The notes under the pieces: model-generated
What the model saw: only the letters and a program-made list of their open reading frames with translations
Database searches by the model: none
What the model was told of the DNA's origin: nothing
Program-made: the position numbers and the translations under genes
Shown: in pieces, positions 62,211-64,000 of the stretch
Layout of the letters: each line of letters starts with the position of its first letter
Numbering within the stretch: the first letter of the stretch is position 1
Assembly: GCA_963841565.1 (NCBI GenBank)
Contig: CAWJCY010000012.1
Coordinates: 256,001-320,000, forward strand
Direction: 5' to 3'
Source of the DNA: an uncultured Nitrososphaerales archaeon
GTDB taxonomy: Archaea; Thermoproteota; Nitrososphaeria; Nitrososphaerales; Nitrososphaeraceae
DNA: 64,000 nucleotides

Positions 62211-63201
62211 CTATTTCTTGCCTAGCATACTAACCTGGGCAAGAAATGCCGTAAGCTGAATATCGGGGTGTGCTCCTACGCTAAGGCGGTAGTCGTACTC
62301 GGCCATAAGCTCAGCAAATTTTCCAGGATCACTTAATTTCATTGAGAAAGCTTCTTGAGCCACATATTTTAAGAAGTCTTTTTCTGACATACCAAATACT
62401 TGGGTCAATTCCAATAGCATTACTCTGGCTTCATTAAACTTACCGGCAAGGGCAAGCTTTATCACTTCACCTGCCTTTGCTCTACCAGATAAACCAATAG
62501 ACAATTCCACCTTTTCAGAGGATAAATTGTTATTCGTCGCCGCAGATTGCAGAATATTGATAGAATGGCGAAGATCTCCTGAAGTAGATTCGTAGATTCT
62601 AGAGAGGGCCTTATCATCAAATTCTATTCCTTCTTGCCTACAGATTTCAGATAAATGATTTACCACTTCCTGCTTAGGTAATCTGGTGAAGCGAAATATT
62701 ACACATCGACTTTGTATAGGTTCTATGAGCTGGGTAAGATAATTGCATATAATGATAAAACGCGTCGTCCTTGAACTATCTTCGATAATTCTCCTCAATG
62801 CAGTCTGAGCTTCAGAGGTCATCTCGTCAGCTTCATCGAGAATTATGATACGATAGGGCTTATCATTGCTTTCAGTGGTAGATGAGAACTTCATTACAGC
62901 AGCGAATTCTTTAACACGCTCACGGACCATCTTTATGCCACGTTCGTCAGAGGCATTCAATTCAAGCGTATCCCTTCTCCAATTTTCCCCCAACAATTCT
63001 TTGGCAATGCATAAGGCTCGCCGTAGTCTTGCCAACCCCTGCAGGTCCTGCAAATATTAAATGGGGTATTTCGTTAGGGTTCTTGATAAGATTTCGAAGT
63101 CCTCTTATAATATCACTTTGATTTGCTATCTGTTCAAGTGAGGATGGACGGTATTTCTCGACCCACATTAGACTTGATATAACTTGATGCTTACTTGACA
63201 T
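62211..63201 (-). CDS. rfcS: Replication factor C small subunit, split by a +1 insertion
   Basis: WVEKYRP, GPAGVGKTT, ELNASDERG, LDEAD, SRC. Removing one base in GCTCGC 63016-63021 gives KTTAALCIAKEL. Confidence 0.93.
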
Positions 63202-63412
63202 GAACTTCTATGTGGATTGTTGAAGGCAGAAAACAGAATATTAGCATTACTGTCGCTACCTAATAGCGTGGGTCTATGACATGTAGTTCAGCACAAATGA
63301 ATTAAGATCTACTTGCGTGAATATTGGACCTTTGCTTCCACATTCGTAATATCAATTTGCATTGGTAGTAAAGCACAATTATCCTCATCGAATGGTAACA
63401 AAAATATTATAA

Positions 63413-64000
63413 TTGACTCTTTTACCAGACGTGACTGTAAGCTGCGAAGCGATCTGTGACTTAATAGAAAAATTTATCAAGCATGAACTGCATCAGGCCA
63501 AACGTGAAAAAGTAGTAGTTGGCCTAAGCGGAGGACTTGACTCGTCGGTTACTGCATGTTTGGCTGTCAGAGCGTTATCAAATAAAAGTGTGTTTTCAGT
63601 CATACTCCCTGATTTTCCTATAACCCCAAACTCGGATGTGGATGATGCAACTGAACTTGCTAATAAACTACACATACAATCTAAAACTATGAATATTAGT
63701 AATATCAAGTCAGAGTTCCTTTCCTTTCTTCCTAGAAATACGTACGCGGAGGGGAATCTAACTGCCAGAATAAGAATGTGTATCCTATACTATTACTCGT
63801 TCATCTACAATGGACTAGTGTTAGGAACATCAGATAAGAGCGAATTACTGCTTGGTTATTACACAAAGTTTGGAGACGGAGCGGCAGATTTGTTTCCATT
63901 GGGGGACGTCTACAAAACCCAAGTGAGGGAGCTTGCCGAATATTTAGAACTTCCACTCTCAATCCGGGATAAGAAAAGTAGCCCTCGATTATGGAAAGAC
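63413..64000 (+). CDS. nadE: NH3-dependent NAD+ synthetase (3'-truncated by window edge)
   Basis: Hand translation: VVGLSGGLDSS, GNLTARIRM, GTSDKSELLLGYYTKFGDG, YKTQV, KSSPRLW. Confidence 0.92.
   Translation, partial: MTLLPDVTVSCEAICDLIEKFIKHELHQAKREKVVVGLSGGLDSSVTACLAVRALSNKSVFSVILPDFPITPNSDVDDATELANKLHIQSKTMNISNIKSEFLSFLPRNTYAEGNLTARIRMCILYYYSFIYNGLVLGTSDKSELLLGYYTKFGDGAADLFPLGDVYKTQVRELAEYLELPLSIRDKKSSPRLWKD

Noticed and set aside
17621-63201. Treating split rfcS, cdc48, prs, cgi121, NUDIX and radical SAM as true pseudogenes or programmed frameshifts
   Set aside because: Each has exactly one extra base and otherwise intact motifs. There are no slippery heptamers, and the shared motif is independent of gene strand, which points to a DNA-level consensus error.
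846-63708. Numerous 60-146 aa track ORFs antisense to or overlapping well-supported genes (e.g. 1949-2176, 13101-13505, 42535-42921, 49687-50127, 63493-63708)
   Set aside because: Shadow frames of real genes with no independent motifs.
1-64000. CRISPR array, rRNA or intact transposase
   Set aside because: No regularly spaced repeats, rRNA-like segments or transposase motifs were seen.

Overview
This 64-kb window is archaeal chromosome, most consistent with a soil ammonia-oxidising archaeon (Nitrososphaerota, Nitrososphaeraceae-like). The basis is archaeal core genes (rps17e, Urm1/SAMP-like, cgi121, cdc48, spt5, rpl11, rfcS, dtdA, prs, leuA, nadE), TATA-box promoters, a BHB-intron tRNA and many typical thaumarchaeal secreted and wHTH families. 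There are two accessory zones. The first (1-10.3 kb) lies downstream of tRNA-Pro(GGG) and has duplicated tRNA 3' ends (att sites), a decayed tyrosine integrase and an SQR-like cargo gene. The second (28.3-33.0 kb) is bounded by an exact 197-bp gene duplication and holds a tRNA-end remnant and a probable terminase relic. The most striking signal is eight genes broken by single +1 insertions, several of them essential. Six of the eight fall right after the first C of an inferred GCAGC (seen as GCGAGC five times and GCCAGC once). This looks like a motif-specific base-calling footprint of a DNA modification (GCWGC/GCNGC type) rather than gene decay, and applying the rule recovers a hidden 244-aa gene. 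No CRISPR array or rRNA was seen. All product calls come from recognising motifs by eye, without database searches.
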